Assembly: GCA_002746255.1 (NCBI GenBank)
Contig: NVWO01000007.1
Coordinates: 2,404-66,403 of the forward strand
Origin: Rhodospirillaceae bacterium
Lineage (GTDB): Bacteria; Pseudomonadota; Alphaproteobacteria; GCA-2746255
Length of the DNA stretch: 64,000 nt
Direction of reading: 5' to 3'
How positions within the stretch are numbered: the stretch's first letter is position 1; the number at the start of each line of letters is the position of its first letter. The notes beneath the pieces are model-generated. The model was not told the origin of the DNA and ran no database searches. It saw only the letters and a list, made by a program, of their open reading frames with translations. Shown here in pieces: positions 19,344 through 28,857 of the stretch. A program made the translations under genes and the position numbers.

Positions 19344-20441
19344 TTAGCCAAGGAAGGCTTTTTTGATCCGGTTGTTTACGAGATCGGGCTTCTCCCACAT
19401 CAGGAAATGGCCGCCGTCTGGCACATATTCCATCGTGTAATTGTTGTACCAGAGCGGAACATCGTTGGACCAGGCGGAGGGAACGACGGGATCCCCCATG
19501 CCCCAAAGGAAGGTCATTTTAAGATCCGAGATTGTGCGATCCAGCGGCGTCCACGGGTTGCTGGTGATCGACAAATTCGCCCGGTAGAAATTGAACCCCC
19601 CATGCACGTTTCCGGGTTTGACGAAATTATCCGTAAAGATTTCCAGCTCCTCATCCGTGAGCAGATCCTTGTTGTAGGACCAATGCGTGAGGAAATGCTG
19701 GAAGTAGCGCTTCGTCGCTTTGCGCGAAGAAGAAACCACGTCAACGGCCATGTCGAGCTGGTGGAATTGCGAATACCAGGATTCCGGGAAATGCCCGACG
19801 CTTAGATAGCGTGGCCCAAAACCGGGAACGATGGGGTTCATGACGAGGGCTTTGATGACCCGGTTGCGGTATTTGCGAATGAATTTGTGAGCGACGATGG
19901 AGGCGTAGTCGTGGCCGACGATGTAGGCCTTCTCAATGCCCAGGGCATCCATCAACTGGACGTAGTCCTCAGGGACGTGATTGAGATGGTAGCTCGAAAT
20001 GTCCTTGAGGTCGGGCTTTTCCGTATCGCCATAACCGCGCATGTCGGGAACGATCACGTCAAAATGCTTGGCCAGTTCGCCGATATTTTTGTGCCATTCC
20101 CACCAATAGCCCGGCCAGCCATGCCACAGGAGGAGCGGCGGGCCCTTGCCCTCGCGGACGTAATGCATCTTGACGTCTTTTAGCTGGACATAGTGATGCT
20201 TGAAGTCTTCGGGCCTGCGGATGCCGGAGGCGGCCAGCGCAGAGGGAAGGAATGCGTTCGGCGCTTTCTGTTGGAAGGGAATGCCAGCACCAAGAAAGGC
20301 ACCCGCAGTGGCGAGGCCGGCGCGTTTGAGAAAGCTGCGGCGTCCATTGTTCAAAACCGGATTGAAAAGGGCGGCGTCCACAATATCGTTGCTCTGGGAT
20401 TCTATTTTTAGAATTCCACGCTCTGTCTTGGTGGTCGTCAT
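19344..20441 (-). CDS. Tat-exported alpha/beta hydrolase, epoxide hydrolase-like
   Basis: Twin-arginine signal RRSFLKRAGLATAGAFLGAG; HGWPGYWWEW motif typical of epoxide hydrolases/haloalkane dehalogenases. Confidence 0.7.
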   Translation of the reverse strand: MTTTKTERGILKIESQSNDIVDAALFNPVLNNGRRSFLKRAGLATAGAFLGAGIPFQQKAPNAFLPSALAASGIRRPEDFKHHYVQLKDVKMHYVREGKGPPLLLWHGWPGYWWEWHKNIGELAKHFDVIVPDMRGYGDTEKPDLKDISSYHLNHVPEDYVQLMDALGIEKAYIVGHDYASIVAHKFIRKYRNRVIKALVMNPIVPGFGPRYLSVGHFPESWYSQFHQLDMAVDVVSSSRKATKRYFQHFLTHWSYNKDLLTDEELEIFTDNFVKPGNVHGGFNFYRANLSITSNPWTPLDRTISDLKMTFLWGMGDPVVPSAWSNDVPLWYNNYTMEYVPDGGHFLMWEKPDLVNNRIKKAFLG

Positions 20442-20647
20442 AGGTTTTCCTCCCTAAAGACTTTTCTTTTTGGGTCGCGCACATGGTGGCGACTGCATTC
20501 AAGTATGCCTATTTTGGTCGCCAGAGGAAACAATTTCAGGCTCCCAAATGGGAAATCCGGTCCCAGTTTACCTCTTGTCAAGTTTGCCCCTACAGGGTTA
20601 AGCCAAGTTCTTGGCTCTCGGAAGGCGTCGAAGAAGGAAAATTGGCA

Positions 20648-21511
20648 ATGGATTCTGAAAAAGAGCGCTCCATCCTGACGATTGCCTGTCCGGACCGGAC
20701 GGGGATTGTCGCCGCCGTTGCCGGCTTTCTAGCAAACCAGGACTGCTTTATTGCCGAATCGTCTCATTTTGGTGACATGAAGACCGGGAAGTTTTTCATG
20801 CGGACGGTCTATCTGCGCGGGGCGAAGACGCCTTCCCAGACGGCGCTTTTTGCGAAATTTTCCGAGATCGCCAAGCCTTTCCAGATGGATTGGGATATTT
20901 ATGACGCGCGCGCGCGCCCAAAGGTCCTCATCCTGGTTTCGCGGTTCGATCATTGCCTGAACGATCTGCTTTACCGTTACCGGACGGGGGCGCTTGGGAT
21001 GGATATCCCGGCGATCGTTTCAAACCACCCGGATCTGGCCGAGCTTGCCAACTGGCATCGCATTCCCTTTCACCATTTCCTGGTCACCGAGAAGACGAAA
21101 GGTGAGCAGGAAGCTAGAATTCTGGCCCTTATCGAGGAAAGCGGTGCCGAACTTGTTATTCTTGCGCGCTATATGCAAATTCTGACGCCGGAGTTTTGCC
21201 GGAGGTTGTCGGGGCGTATCATCAACATTCACCATTCCTTCCTGCCAGGGTTCAAAGGAGCGAAACCCTACCAGCAGGCTCACGAACGCGGCGTGAAACT
21301 GATTGGCGCAACGGCGCATTACGTCACCCCCAATCTTGACGAGGGGCCGATCATCGAGCAGGAAGTCGAGCGTGTAGACCATGCCGGCACGATCAAGGAA
21401 TTCATCCATGTTGGCCGGGACATCGAAAGCGTCGTGCTGGCACGCGCGGTGCGCTATCACCTCGAACGTCGCGTTCTCCTGCACGGAAAAAAGACAGTCG
21501 TCTTCCGGTAG
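20648..21511 (+). CDS. purU: formyltetrahydrofolate deformylase (ACT + formyltransferase domains)
   Basis: N-terminal ACT segment LTIACPDRTGIVAAVAGFL and formyl-transferase core. Start at MDSEKERS; the track ORF extends to 20483. Confidence 0.8.
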   Translation: MDSEKERSILTIACPDRTGIVAAVAGFLANQDCFIAESSHFGDMKTGKFFMRTVYLRGAKTPSQTALFAKFSEIAKPFQMDWDIYDARARPKVLILVSRFDHCLNDLLYRYRTGALGMDIPAIVSNHPDLAELANWHRIPFHHFLVTEKTKGEQEARILALIEESGAELVILARYMQILTPEFCRRLSGRIINIHHSFLPGFKGAKPYQQAHERGVKLIGATAHYVTPNLDEGPIIEQEVERVDHAGTIKEFIHVGRDIESVVLARAVRYHLERRVLLHGKKTVVFR

Positions 21512-21538
21512 ATATAGCCGGGTGAAGGGGCCGTAAGA

Positions 21539-22132
21539 TTAATGCGCGTGCCCGTCCGCGTCATGGCTCTGGTTGTGGGGGGCTTTCTTCTGGTTCGTAT
21601 GGGCGGGGGCTTCGTCATTTGTCTCGATTGTGGGTAGGGACTGGACCCCAAGGCCGTGGCGGAAAACCAGATTGCCGCCCTTGAAGCCGGTGATGGCAAG
21701 CATGCCGAGCCCAACGACAAGAACAGCAAGAAAGGCGGGGGCGACGCGCCGTTCTTGCCGATGCATCCATGCGGCCCACAGTGCCAGACCCCACCAGACA
21801 AGCGCAGTTGGCACGGCCCAGTTTCGATGGTTGGTCATTGCCCCGTGGCTTACTTCGTCATGGGCGACCGTGCCATAGGCATAAAAACCGGCGCCGATTG
21901 TAAGGATCGTAAAAAAAGCACCAAGCCAAAGGTTCCAGTAAGCCGCAATTTGCAGCGATCCGGCCCAGCGTTTTCCGGAGAAGGCGGCGCTTGCGAGAAA
22001 AAACAACCCTGAGGTTCCAAAGAGGGCGATTGTGAAATGGACGAAAATTGGGTGCCAGTTGGGCAAAATTTCGATCACGAATTTCTCCTGCGTCCTTTTT
22101 TCTTTGTATTTTGGCAGCATAGCCTCTCTCAT
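21539..22132 (-). CDS. membrane protein, DUF2231-like (4 TM helices)
   Basis: Hydrophobic segments IFVHFTIALFGTSGLFFL etc. Start uncertain: ATG at 22132 or 22147, or GTG at 22079 with an AGGAGA RBS. Confidence 0.5.
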   Translation of the reverse strand: MREAMLPKYKEKRTQEKFVIEILPNWHPIFVHFTIALFGTSGLFFLASAAFSGKRWAGSLQIAAYWNLWLGAFFTILTIGAGFYAYGTVAHDEVSHGAMTNHRNWAVPTALVWWGLALWAAWMHRQERRVAPAFLAVLVVGLGMLAITGFKGGNLVFRHGLGVQSLPTIETNDEAPAHTNQKKAPHNQSHDADGHAH

Positions 22133-22156
22133 AATGGTCTTACCCATTTTATGTAG

Positions 22157-23371
22157 ATGAAGACAGGTTCCATGGTCGATTTCACGCTTTCTCCGGAAAT
22201 TCGCGATTTTCAGAAACGCATCCACGCCTTTGTTGCCGATCGGATTTTGCCCCTTGAATCGGATCCGAGTGCCTATGACGACCATGAAAACATCGCACCC
22301 GAACGGCTGGAGGGCTTGCGCACGGCGGCAAAACGCGAAGGCCTCTGGGCGCTGCAAATGCCGAAATCGCGTGGCGGCCAGGGCCTTGGCGTCGTTGGCA
22401 TGGCGATCGCTTATGAGGAAATGGGGCGATCAATCTTCGGGCCCGTCGTCTTCAACGCCGCAGCGCCTGATGACGGCAATATGCTTTTGCTGAACCGCGT
22501 CGGCACGGAGGCGCAAAAGGACCGTTGGCTGCAACCGATCATCGATGGCGATGTCCGGTCCGCCTTTGCGATGACGGAACCGATGCCGGGTTCAGGCTCG
22601 GACCCGGCCGCCATGCGGACGACGGCGACGAAAACGGGAAAGGAATGGATCGTTCATGGGGAAAAATGGTTCACGACAGGGGCCATGGGGGCCAGGCATT
22701 TTATCCTTGTGGCGCGCACGTCGGACAATCCAAGACGGGGCTTGAGCGCCTTTCTCTTTGATAGTGATCAGCCGGGCTGGGAAGTGACGCGCCGCACGCC
22801 GATCATGGGGCCGGAGGAACATGGCGGCCATTGCGAACTTCGCTTTGACGGCCTTGCGATCCCGGACGCGAACCGGCTGCTTGAAATTGGTGACGGTCTG
22901 AAGGTCACGCAGATCCGCCTTGGCACGGCACGGCTGACGCACTGCATGCGCTGGCTGGGGATGGCCAAGCGGGCGCTGGAAATTGCCGGCGACTACATCT
23001 GCGAGCGCGAGAGCTTTGGAACAAAACTTGCCGACCACGAAGGCGTCCAATGGATGATGGGCGAGGCGGCGAAGGAAATCGCCGTCGGTCGGCTGCTCAC
23101 CCTGCACGCAGCCTGGAAGCTGGATCAGGGCGATTTTGCCCGCAAGGAAGTTGCGATGGCCAAGATTCAGGTGGCGGATACCCTGCACAAGGCGGTCGAT
23201 ACGGCGATGCAGCTTTGTGGGGCGCGTGGCTATTCAAAGGATATGCCGCTTGAGTGGATGTACCGCTATGCCCGACAGGCGCGTCTCGTCGATGGCGCGT
23301 CCGAGGTCCACAAGATGGTTTTGGCACGCTTTTTGTTGAAAGAAGGCGCGGATTTCTGGTCGTGGGAGTGA
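22157..23371 (+). CDS. acyl-CoA dehydrogenase family protein
   Basis: 404 aa, ACAD N/M/C domains. Confidence 0.75.
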   Translation: MKTGSMVDFTLSPEIRDFQKRIHAFVADRILPLESDPSAYDDHENIAPERLEGLRTAAKREGLWALQMPKSRGGQGLGVVGMAIAYEEMGRSIFGPVVFNAAAPDDGNMLLLNRVGTEAQKDRWLQPIIDGDVRSAFAMTEPMPGSGSDPAAMRTTATKTGKEWIVHGEKWFTTGAMGARHFILVARTSDNPRRGLSAFLFDSDQPGWEVTRRTPIMGPEEHGGHCELRFDGLAIPDANRLLEIGDGLKVTQIRLGTARLTHCMRWLGMAKRALEIAGDYICERESFGTKLADHEGVQWMMGEAAKEIAVGRLLTLHAAWKLDQGDFARKEVAMAKIQVADTLHKAVDTAMQLCGARGYSKDMPLEWMYRYARQARLVDGASEVHKMVLARFLLKEGADFWSWE

Positions 23372-24399
23372 TCGAGCCCGGTTTGCGCACCCGCCTGGAG
23401 AATTTTATCGCCGAGGCCACCAGCGCAAAATCGGTGGCCCTGCTTGCGTTGGAGCCTCTTTCCGGGGGCGCCGTTCAGGAAAACTGGCGCCTTGATGTTG
23501 AATTTGCCGACGGACCCTATCGGGGAAAACGGGCGTGGGTGCTGCGTGCCACGGCACCGGCCGGCATTCCGAACAGCCATAGCCGGGCCGAGGAATTCGC
23601 TCTGCTTGAAACGGCCCACGGGGCGGGGGTGCTGGTGCCGAAGCCGCTTTTTTTGTGCAACGAGAAAAGCGTATTCGGGCGGGATTTTTTCATCATGGAA
23701 CGCCTTTCTGGCCTTGCTGCCGGCCACCGCCTGGTTCGCGATGAAAACCTGGACGGCGAGGGGCTGTTGCGGCACCTCGGCACCGAACTTGGGCACATTC
23801 ACGGCATCCGCCCACCACCATGCCAAGCGCTTGGGTTTCTCGATCTGCCGGAAGTGTCGCCGGCCCTTGAAGCGGTCCGTCGCCTGCGGGCCCAAATTGA
23901 GGCCCATCCACAGCCGCACCCGGTTTTTGAATGGGGCTTACGCTGGCTTGAACAACACGCGCCGGAAGCTCAGGCCGTGGTTCTTTGCCACCGCGACTTC
24001 CGTACCGGCAATTACCTTGTCGAAGCGGGTAAACTTACCGGCCTGCTCGATTGGGAATTCGCCGGTTGGGGGGACCCGATGGAGGATGTGGGCTGGTTCT
24101 GCGCAAAATGTTGGCGTTTTGGGGCCAATGCCCGCGAGGCAGGCGGGATCGGCTCGCGCGAGGCTTTTTATCGGGCCTATGAAGAGGCCTCCGGCCTTTT
24201 GATTGTGCCGCCTTCCGTTCATTATTGGGAGGTCATGGCGCATTTGCGTTGGGGGGTCATCGCGGTTCAACAATGCGGCCGGCATCTGAGTGGCAAGCGT
24301 CCTTCGCTGGAACTTGCGTTGACCGGTCGGCTTGTGGCTGAAATGGAGCTTGAGATTCTTGCCCTTATCGAACGGGCGGATCGGGGAGAAGAGGCCTGA
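23368..24399 (+). CDS. phosphotransferase family protein (APH/choline-kinase-like)
   Basis: HRDFRTGNYLV catalytic loop and DWEFAGWGDP. GTG start overlaps the ACAD stop (GTGA); the track ORF extends to 23254. Confidence 0.65.
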   Translation: MIEPGLRTRLENFIAEATSAKSVALLALEPLSGGAVQENWRLDVEFADGPYRGKRAWVLRATAPAGIPNSHSRAEEFALLETAHGAGVLVPKPLFLCNEKSVFGRDFFIMERLSGLAAGHRLVRDENLDGEGLLRHLGTELGHIHGIRPPPCQALGFLDLPEVSPALEAVRRLRAQIEAHPQPHPVFEWGLRWLEQHAPEAQAVVLCHRDFRTGNYLVEAGKLTGLLDWEFAGWGDPMEDVGWFCAKCWRFGANAREAGGIGSREAFYRAYEEASGLLIVPPSVHYWEVMAHLRWGVIAVQQCGRHLSGKRPSLELALTGRLVAEMELEILALIERADRGEEA

Positions 24400-24821
24400 T
24401 GCAGGATCGCCCGACGACGTCGGAACTTCTAAAAGCGGCGCGCGACGCCTTTGTCCAAGACCTGCTGCCTGAAATTACGGGTGAGAAGCGCTATGTGGCG
24501 CTGATGGTGGCTAATGCGCTTGCGATCCTTGGCCGCGACCTTGAAAGTGATGCGGCGTTTCTTCAAAAAGAATATAAGCGTCTTCAAGGACTTCTCGATG
24601 TTTCCTTATCTGAAACCGAAGATTTAGGCGGGCTTCGGGCCAAGGTCGAAACCCTCAACCGCCAGTTGGTGGCGCAAATTCGCGCCGGCGCCTTCGACGA
24701 ACCAGAGGCGGCCTGTGCGCGCCTGCGCACGCATCTTCACGCCACCACTGCTGAGAAGCTTGCCACCAGCAATCCGAAGGCTTTGCGGAAGCAGAACGAC
24801 GTGCGTAGACCTTGGCGGTAA
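24399..24821 (+). CDS. hypothetical protein (small helical protein co-occurring with the ACAD/phosphotransferase pair)
   Basis: ATGA overlap with the upstream gene; 140 aa. Confidence 0.45.
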   Translation: MQDRPTTSELLKAARDAFVQDLLPEITGEKRYVALMVANALAILGRDLESDAAFLQKEYKRLQGLLDVSLSETEDLGGLRAKVETLNRQLVAQIRAGAFDEPEAACARLRTHLHATTAEKLATSNPKALRKQNDVRRPWR

Positions 24822-24883
24822 AAATTGACTAGCCCGGCCACTCTTCTAGAATAAAAAGCGAATTTCTTTCAGGGGGGAATGTC

Positions 24884-26032
24884 ATGTTGAACACCAATCT
24901 TCAGATTATCCTCGCTCAAAATCCGGTCGGTAAGTTCAGCGGCAAAGATTTCGAAATCCGTAAGGCAGCTGTTCCACGTCCGAAGAAGGGGCAGTTTCTT
25001 GTCCGCAACCTTTACCTTTCCCTGGATCCGGCAAACCGTCTTTGGGCGTCCCCCTTTGCCAGCTATACGCCGCCGGTTGGGCTTGGCGAGGTGATGCGCG
25101 GCTTTACGGTCAGCGAAGTCATTGAATCAAAACATCCAAAATTCAAGCCAGGCGACATCGTCCAGGGGATGGACGGTTGGCAGGAATATGCCATTTCGAA
25201 CGGGGTCAATTACAACGAGAAAGGCAAGGTCGATACCTGGAACCTGAAGGCCGTCGTCAAGGCCGGTCTGCCCATTTCGACGGGGCTTAGCGTTCTTGGC
25301 ACGACCGGGATGGCAGCCTATGTAGGGGTCATCAAAACCGGCCAGCCGAAACGCGGCGAAACGGTGCTGATCTCCGGCGCTGCGGGGGCGACGGGCTCCA
25401 TCGCTGGCCAGATCGCGAAAATCAAGGGCTGCCGTGTCGTCGGCATCGCCGGTTCCGATGCAAAATGCAAAATACTTCGCAAGGAATTCGGCTTTGACGC
25501 GACGATCAACTACAAAACCCAGAATCTGGACAAGGCCATCGCCAAGACCTGCCCGAAAGGCATCGATATCTATTTCGATAACGTTGGCGGCGATACGCTG
25601 AACATTGCGCTGACCCACATCAACGATCACGCGCGCGTTGTTATTTGTGGAGCAATTTCCCAATACACGACGTTGGAAAAAGGCATCCAGGGGCCATCAA
25701 ATTACGGCTATTTGCTGTTCAAGCGGGCGCGCATGGAAGGCTTTATCGTTCTCGATCATTACGTCAAGGATCGGGGAAAAATGGAGGCGGACTTAATCCG
25801 ATGGCTCAAGGCGGGGAAGATCCACTACCGCGACGAGGTCGTGAGCAGCCTGAAAAACGCGCCGAAGGTTATCAATCGCCTTTACGATGGGCGGAACATG
25901 GGCAAGCTTACGGTCAAGATTGGAAAAGAGCCGAAGATGCTTGGCCGTGCAACGCCGGCGCGCAAACCTTCCAAAGTAAAACGCAAAGCCAGCACGCCAA
26001 AACGTAAAGTCACCAAAGCAAAACGTCGCTAG
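24884..26032 (+). CDS. NADP-dependent oxidoreductase (MDR superfamily, YncB/CurA/LTB4-dehydrogenase-like) with a 35-aa Lys/Arg/Pro-rich C-terminal tail
   Basis: Nucleotide-binding GAAGATGS. Tail GKEPKMLGRATPARKPSKVKRKASTPKRKVTKAKRR. Confidence 0.75.
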   Translation: MLNTNLQIILAQNPVGKFSGKDFEIRKAAVPRPKKGQFLVRNLYLSLDPANRLWASPFASYTPPVGLGEVMRGFTVSEVIESKHPKFKPGDIVQGMDGWQEYAISNGVNYNEKGKVDTWNLKAVVKAGLPISTGLSVLGTTGMAAYVGVIKTGQPKRGETVLISGAAGATGSIAGQIAKIKGCRVVGIAGSDAKCKILRKEFGFDATINYKTQNLDKAIAKTCPKGIDIYFDNVGGDTLNIALTHINDHARVVICGAISQYTTLEKGIQGPSNYGYLLFKRARMEGFIVLDHYVKDRGKMEADLIRWLKAGKIHYRDEVVSSLKNAPKVINRLYDGRNMGKLTVKIGKEPKMLGRATPARKPSKVKRKASTPKRKVTKAKRR

Positions 26033-26061
26033 GCGGCGGTCTTTTTTTCTTTTTGTATTTC

Positions 26062-26089
26062 GGCCGGGGAGGAATGCCTCCCCGGCCGG
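26062..26089 (+). terminator. hairpin GGCCGGGGAGG-AATG-CCTCCCCGGCC (11-bp perfect stem) after the oxidoreductase gene; the downstream U-tract is only moderate
   Basis: Seen in sequence. Confidence 0.45.
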
Positions 26090-26133
26090 TTCTTTATCAA
26101 TTTAAAAACCGCGTCCTTCACATATTTGCGCGA

Positions 26134-27834
26134 CTAGAAAACGGGGGTTTCGCGATAGGTTCCCCAAAGCTCCCGCAAGGTTTCCACGATATCGCCCATG
26201 GAAGCACCAGCTTTCACAAGCTTAACTGTGATCGGCATGATGTTTTTGTCCGGGTCCTTGGCGACTTCGACGAGCTCTTTCAACAGGCTCTGAACCTTGT
26301 TCTCGTCGCGTTCGTCCCGCACTTTTTTCAAGCCTGCGATCTGCCGGTCCGTGGTGGTGTGATCGTGGGGATGCAGTTCCACGTCGAAGACTTCGTCTTT
26401 CTCGACGAATTTGTTTACCCCGATCAGCGGGTACTCGCCGCTTGCCTTTTTCATCGCCGTCTCGTAAGCGAAGTCGGCGATGTGGCGCTGGAACCAGCCT
26501 TCTTCGATCAGCTTGATCGTGCCGCCCTTTTCATCAATCTCGTCGAGAATCTTGAAGATTTCCTTCTCGTACTCGGTCGTCAGGTGTTCGACGAAATACG
26601 AACCGCCCAGTGGATCGATGACCTGGGTAACGTTCGTTTCTTCGGCAATGACTTGCTGGGTGCGAAGGGCGATCTTCATCGCTGCTTCCGTCGGGATGGC
26701 AAAGGCTTCGTCCATGCCGTTCGTGTGCAGGCTCTGCGCGCCGCCAAGGACGGCGGAAAGGGCCTGAACGGTCGTGCGCATGATGTTGACCTTGTATTGG
26801 GGCTTGGTCAACGTCGCTGCGGCCGTCTGGCAATGGAAACGAAGCCGCATGGATGCCGGATTTTTAGCACCAAAGCGTTCTTTCATGATCTTTGCATAGA
26901 CCCGACGTGCTGCCCGGAACTTTGCGATTTCCTCGAAGAAATCACGCTGGCATACAAAGAAGAAGGCGAGCCGGGGTGCGAATACGTCAACATCCAGGCC
27001 GGTTTTTATAACTTCTTCCACATAGGTAATCGTGTTCGCCATCGTGAACGCAACTTCATGTACCGGAGACGAACCAGCTTCCGAAACGTGGTAGCCGGAA
27101 ATATTGATCGGATTGAAGCGCTTCATGTTCTCGGCGCAGAAGGTGATGCAGTCGCGGACGATGCGGACAGAAGGTGTGATCGGATAGATCCATTCCTTCT
27201 GTGCCATATATTCTTTCAGAATATCCGCCTGAACCGTTCCGGAAAGCTTGTGTGGGTCGTATCCCCGCTTTTGCCCAAGGGCGTAATACATGGCCAGCAT
27301 GATCCACGCCGAAGGATTGATGGTCATGGAGACGGAGATGTTTTCAAGGTCGATGTCGGCGTAAAGCGCCTCCATATCGGCCAGGGTATCGACGGCAACG
27401 CCTTCACGACCGACTTCACCGATGCTCATCGGGTGGTCTGAGTCATATCCCATAAGGGTTGGCATATCGAAATCGGTAGAGATACCGGTCTGGCCCTGCT
27501 CGATCAGGTATTTGAACCGCTTGTTCGTGTCCTCGCCGGTGCCGAAACCTGCAATCTGGCGCATGGTCCAGTTGCGGCCACGGTACATGGTCGGATAGGG
27601 GCCACGGGTGAAGGGATATTGGCCAGGCAGGCCAATGTCCTCAAGCGGCGTTTCTGCCACGTCGAGTGCTGTATAGACGCGTTTTACCGGGAAGTTGCCG
27701 AAGGTGGTGAATTGTTCCTTCTGCTCCGGTTGACGGTTGAGGAAGGTGGCGAGTTCTTTCTTCTCCCATTTCTCAAATTGCTGTTCAAGCCGTTCGAGAG
27801 CCATGTTGTCCAGGGCCTGCTTTTCGTTAATCAT
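26134..27834 (-). CDS. hcmA: B12-dependent acyl-CoA mutase large (substrate-binding TIM-barrel) subunit, HcmA-like (candidate 2-hydroxyisobutyryl-CoA mutase)
   Basis: MCM-family motifs [10 protein letters not shown] and [14 protein letters not shown]. Specificity positions: Ile94 (MCM Tyr89 / ICM Phe80 site), Asp121 (HcmA Asp117 site), Gln212 (MCM Arg207 site). No B12-binding domain in this ORF. Confidence 0.7.
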   Translation of the reverse strand: MINEKQALDNMALERLEQQFEKWEKKELATFLNRQPEQKEQFTTFGNFPVKRVYTALDVAETPLEDIGLPGQYPFTRGPYPTMYRGRNWTMRQIAGFGTGEDTNKRFKYLIEQGQTGISTDFDMPTLMGYDSDHPMSIGEVGREGVAVDTLADMEALYADIDLENISVSMTINPSAWIMLAMYYALGQKRGYDPHKLSGTVQADILKEYMAQKEWIYPITPSVRIVRDCITFCAENMKRFNPINISGYHVSEAGSSPVHEVAFTMANTITYVEEVIKTGLDVDVFAPRLAFFFVCQRDFFEEIAKFRAARRVYAKIMKERFGAKNPASMRLRFHCQTAAATLTKPQYKVNIMRTTVQALSAVLGGAQSLHTNGMDEAFAIPTEAAMKIALRTQQVIAEETNVTQVIDPLGGSYFVEHLTTEYEKEIFKILDEIDEKGGTIKLIEEGWFQRHIADFAYETAMKKASGEYPLIGVNKFVEKDEVFDVELHPHDHTTTDRQIAGLKKVRDERDENKVQSLLKELVEVAKDPDKNIMPITVKLVKAGASMGDIVETLRELWGTYRETPVF

Positions 27835-27837
27835 TTC

Positions 27838-28857
27838 CTATTTCTCCATCCGGATTTCGGCCAGAAGGTCTTGTGCCGCTGCATATGGATTGGTTTCGTG
27901 AGCCATCATCTGTTCGATTAGTGTCGAGACTTTCCCATCCCGGTGTTCCTGAAATTTGTCACGCAGGATTTCCTCGGCCGTTTTTAGCATCCGCCGTTCG
28001 GCGATGCGCTTTTTTTGTTTGTCGAGCTCTCCGGACGTTCCGAGGTACTCCCAGTGCTGGTCGATTGCCTTAAGGAGTTCCGAAACACCCTCAAGCTTCA
28101 GGGCGCTTGTCGCGATGACCGGGACCGGCCAGTTGGTCGCGCCGGAAAGGCTTAGACCAAGGGTCATCATTCCTTTTAGATCGGTGATTGTCCGGTTTGC
28201 ATCCGGGCGGTCACATTTGCTGACGACGTGGATGTCGGCAATTTCTAGAATGCCGGCTTTGATCGCCTGAATGTCGTCGCCAAGGCCGGGGGCGGAAACG
28301 ACGATTGTCGTGTGGGCCGCTTGGACGATGTCCACCTCATCCTGACCGACCCCCACCGTTTCGATCAGGATCATATCGAAGCCGGCGGCGTCCAGAACGT
28401 CCACGGCATCCAGGCTGGCACGTGCCAGGCCGCCAAGCGAACCTCGCGTTGCCATGCTGCGAATAAAAATTCCCTTATCCCCGGCAAGTTCGTTCATGCG
28501 GATACGGTCACCCAGAATGGCCCCGCCGGAAAACGGGCTGGAAGGGTCAATCGCGACGACGGCAACCTTACGGCCTGTTTCGCGGATCATGGCGATCAGC
28601 TTGCCCATCAGGGTGGATTTGCCGCTGCCGGGCACGCCGGTGATGCCGACGATATGCGCGCGACCCGTGCGTTTGTAAATTTCGGCAAGGGCCGGGCGGC
28701 ATTCGTTTTTTCCGGCTTCGGCACGCGTGATCATCCGCGCGATGGCGCCAATATCGGCAGCAACGACACGGTCAATCAGGTCAAGAGAAGGAATATTTCT
28801 CACGGCGTCAGGCTCCGTCATTTTTTTTAAGCATGTCCTGGAAGACGGCACGGTCAT
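27838..28857 (-). CDS. MeaB/ArgK-family G-protein chaperone for B12 mutases (MeaH-like)
   Basis: P-loop GVPGSGKST; GDRIRM and SKCDRPD switch motifs. Start may be the internal Met at about 28821. Confidence 0.8.
   Translation of the reverse strand: MTVPSSRTCLKKMTEPDAVRNIPSLDLIDRVVAADIGAIARMITRAEAGKNECRPALAEIYKRTGRAHIVGITGVPGSGKSTLMGKLIAMIRETGRKVAVVAIDPSSPFSGGAILGDRIRMNELAGDKGIFIRSMATRGSLGGLARASLDAVDVLDAAGFDMILIETVGVGQDEVDIVQAAHTTIVVSAPGLGDDIQAIKAGILEIADIHVVSKCDRPDANRTITDLKGMMTLGLSLSGATNWPVPVIATSALKLEGVSELLKAIDQHWEYLGTSGELDKQKKRIAERRMLKTAEEILRDKFQEHRDGKVSTLIEQMMAHETNPYAAAQDLLAEIRMEK

Noticed and set aside
20442-20647. ZTP (pfl) riboswitch in the purU leader, suggested by the GGGTCGCGCAC...TGGCGAC stretch
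   Set aside because: The 3' pseudoknot element (CCGCCUGGGCA-like) and the closing CGACC are absent; there is only a partial 5' resemblance.
26053-27441. 462-aa plus-strand ORF
   Set aside because: Antisense to the mutase large-subunit gene, whose translation has clear family motifs.
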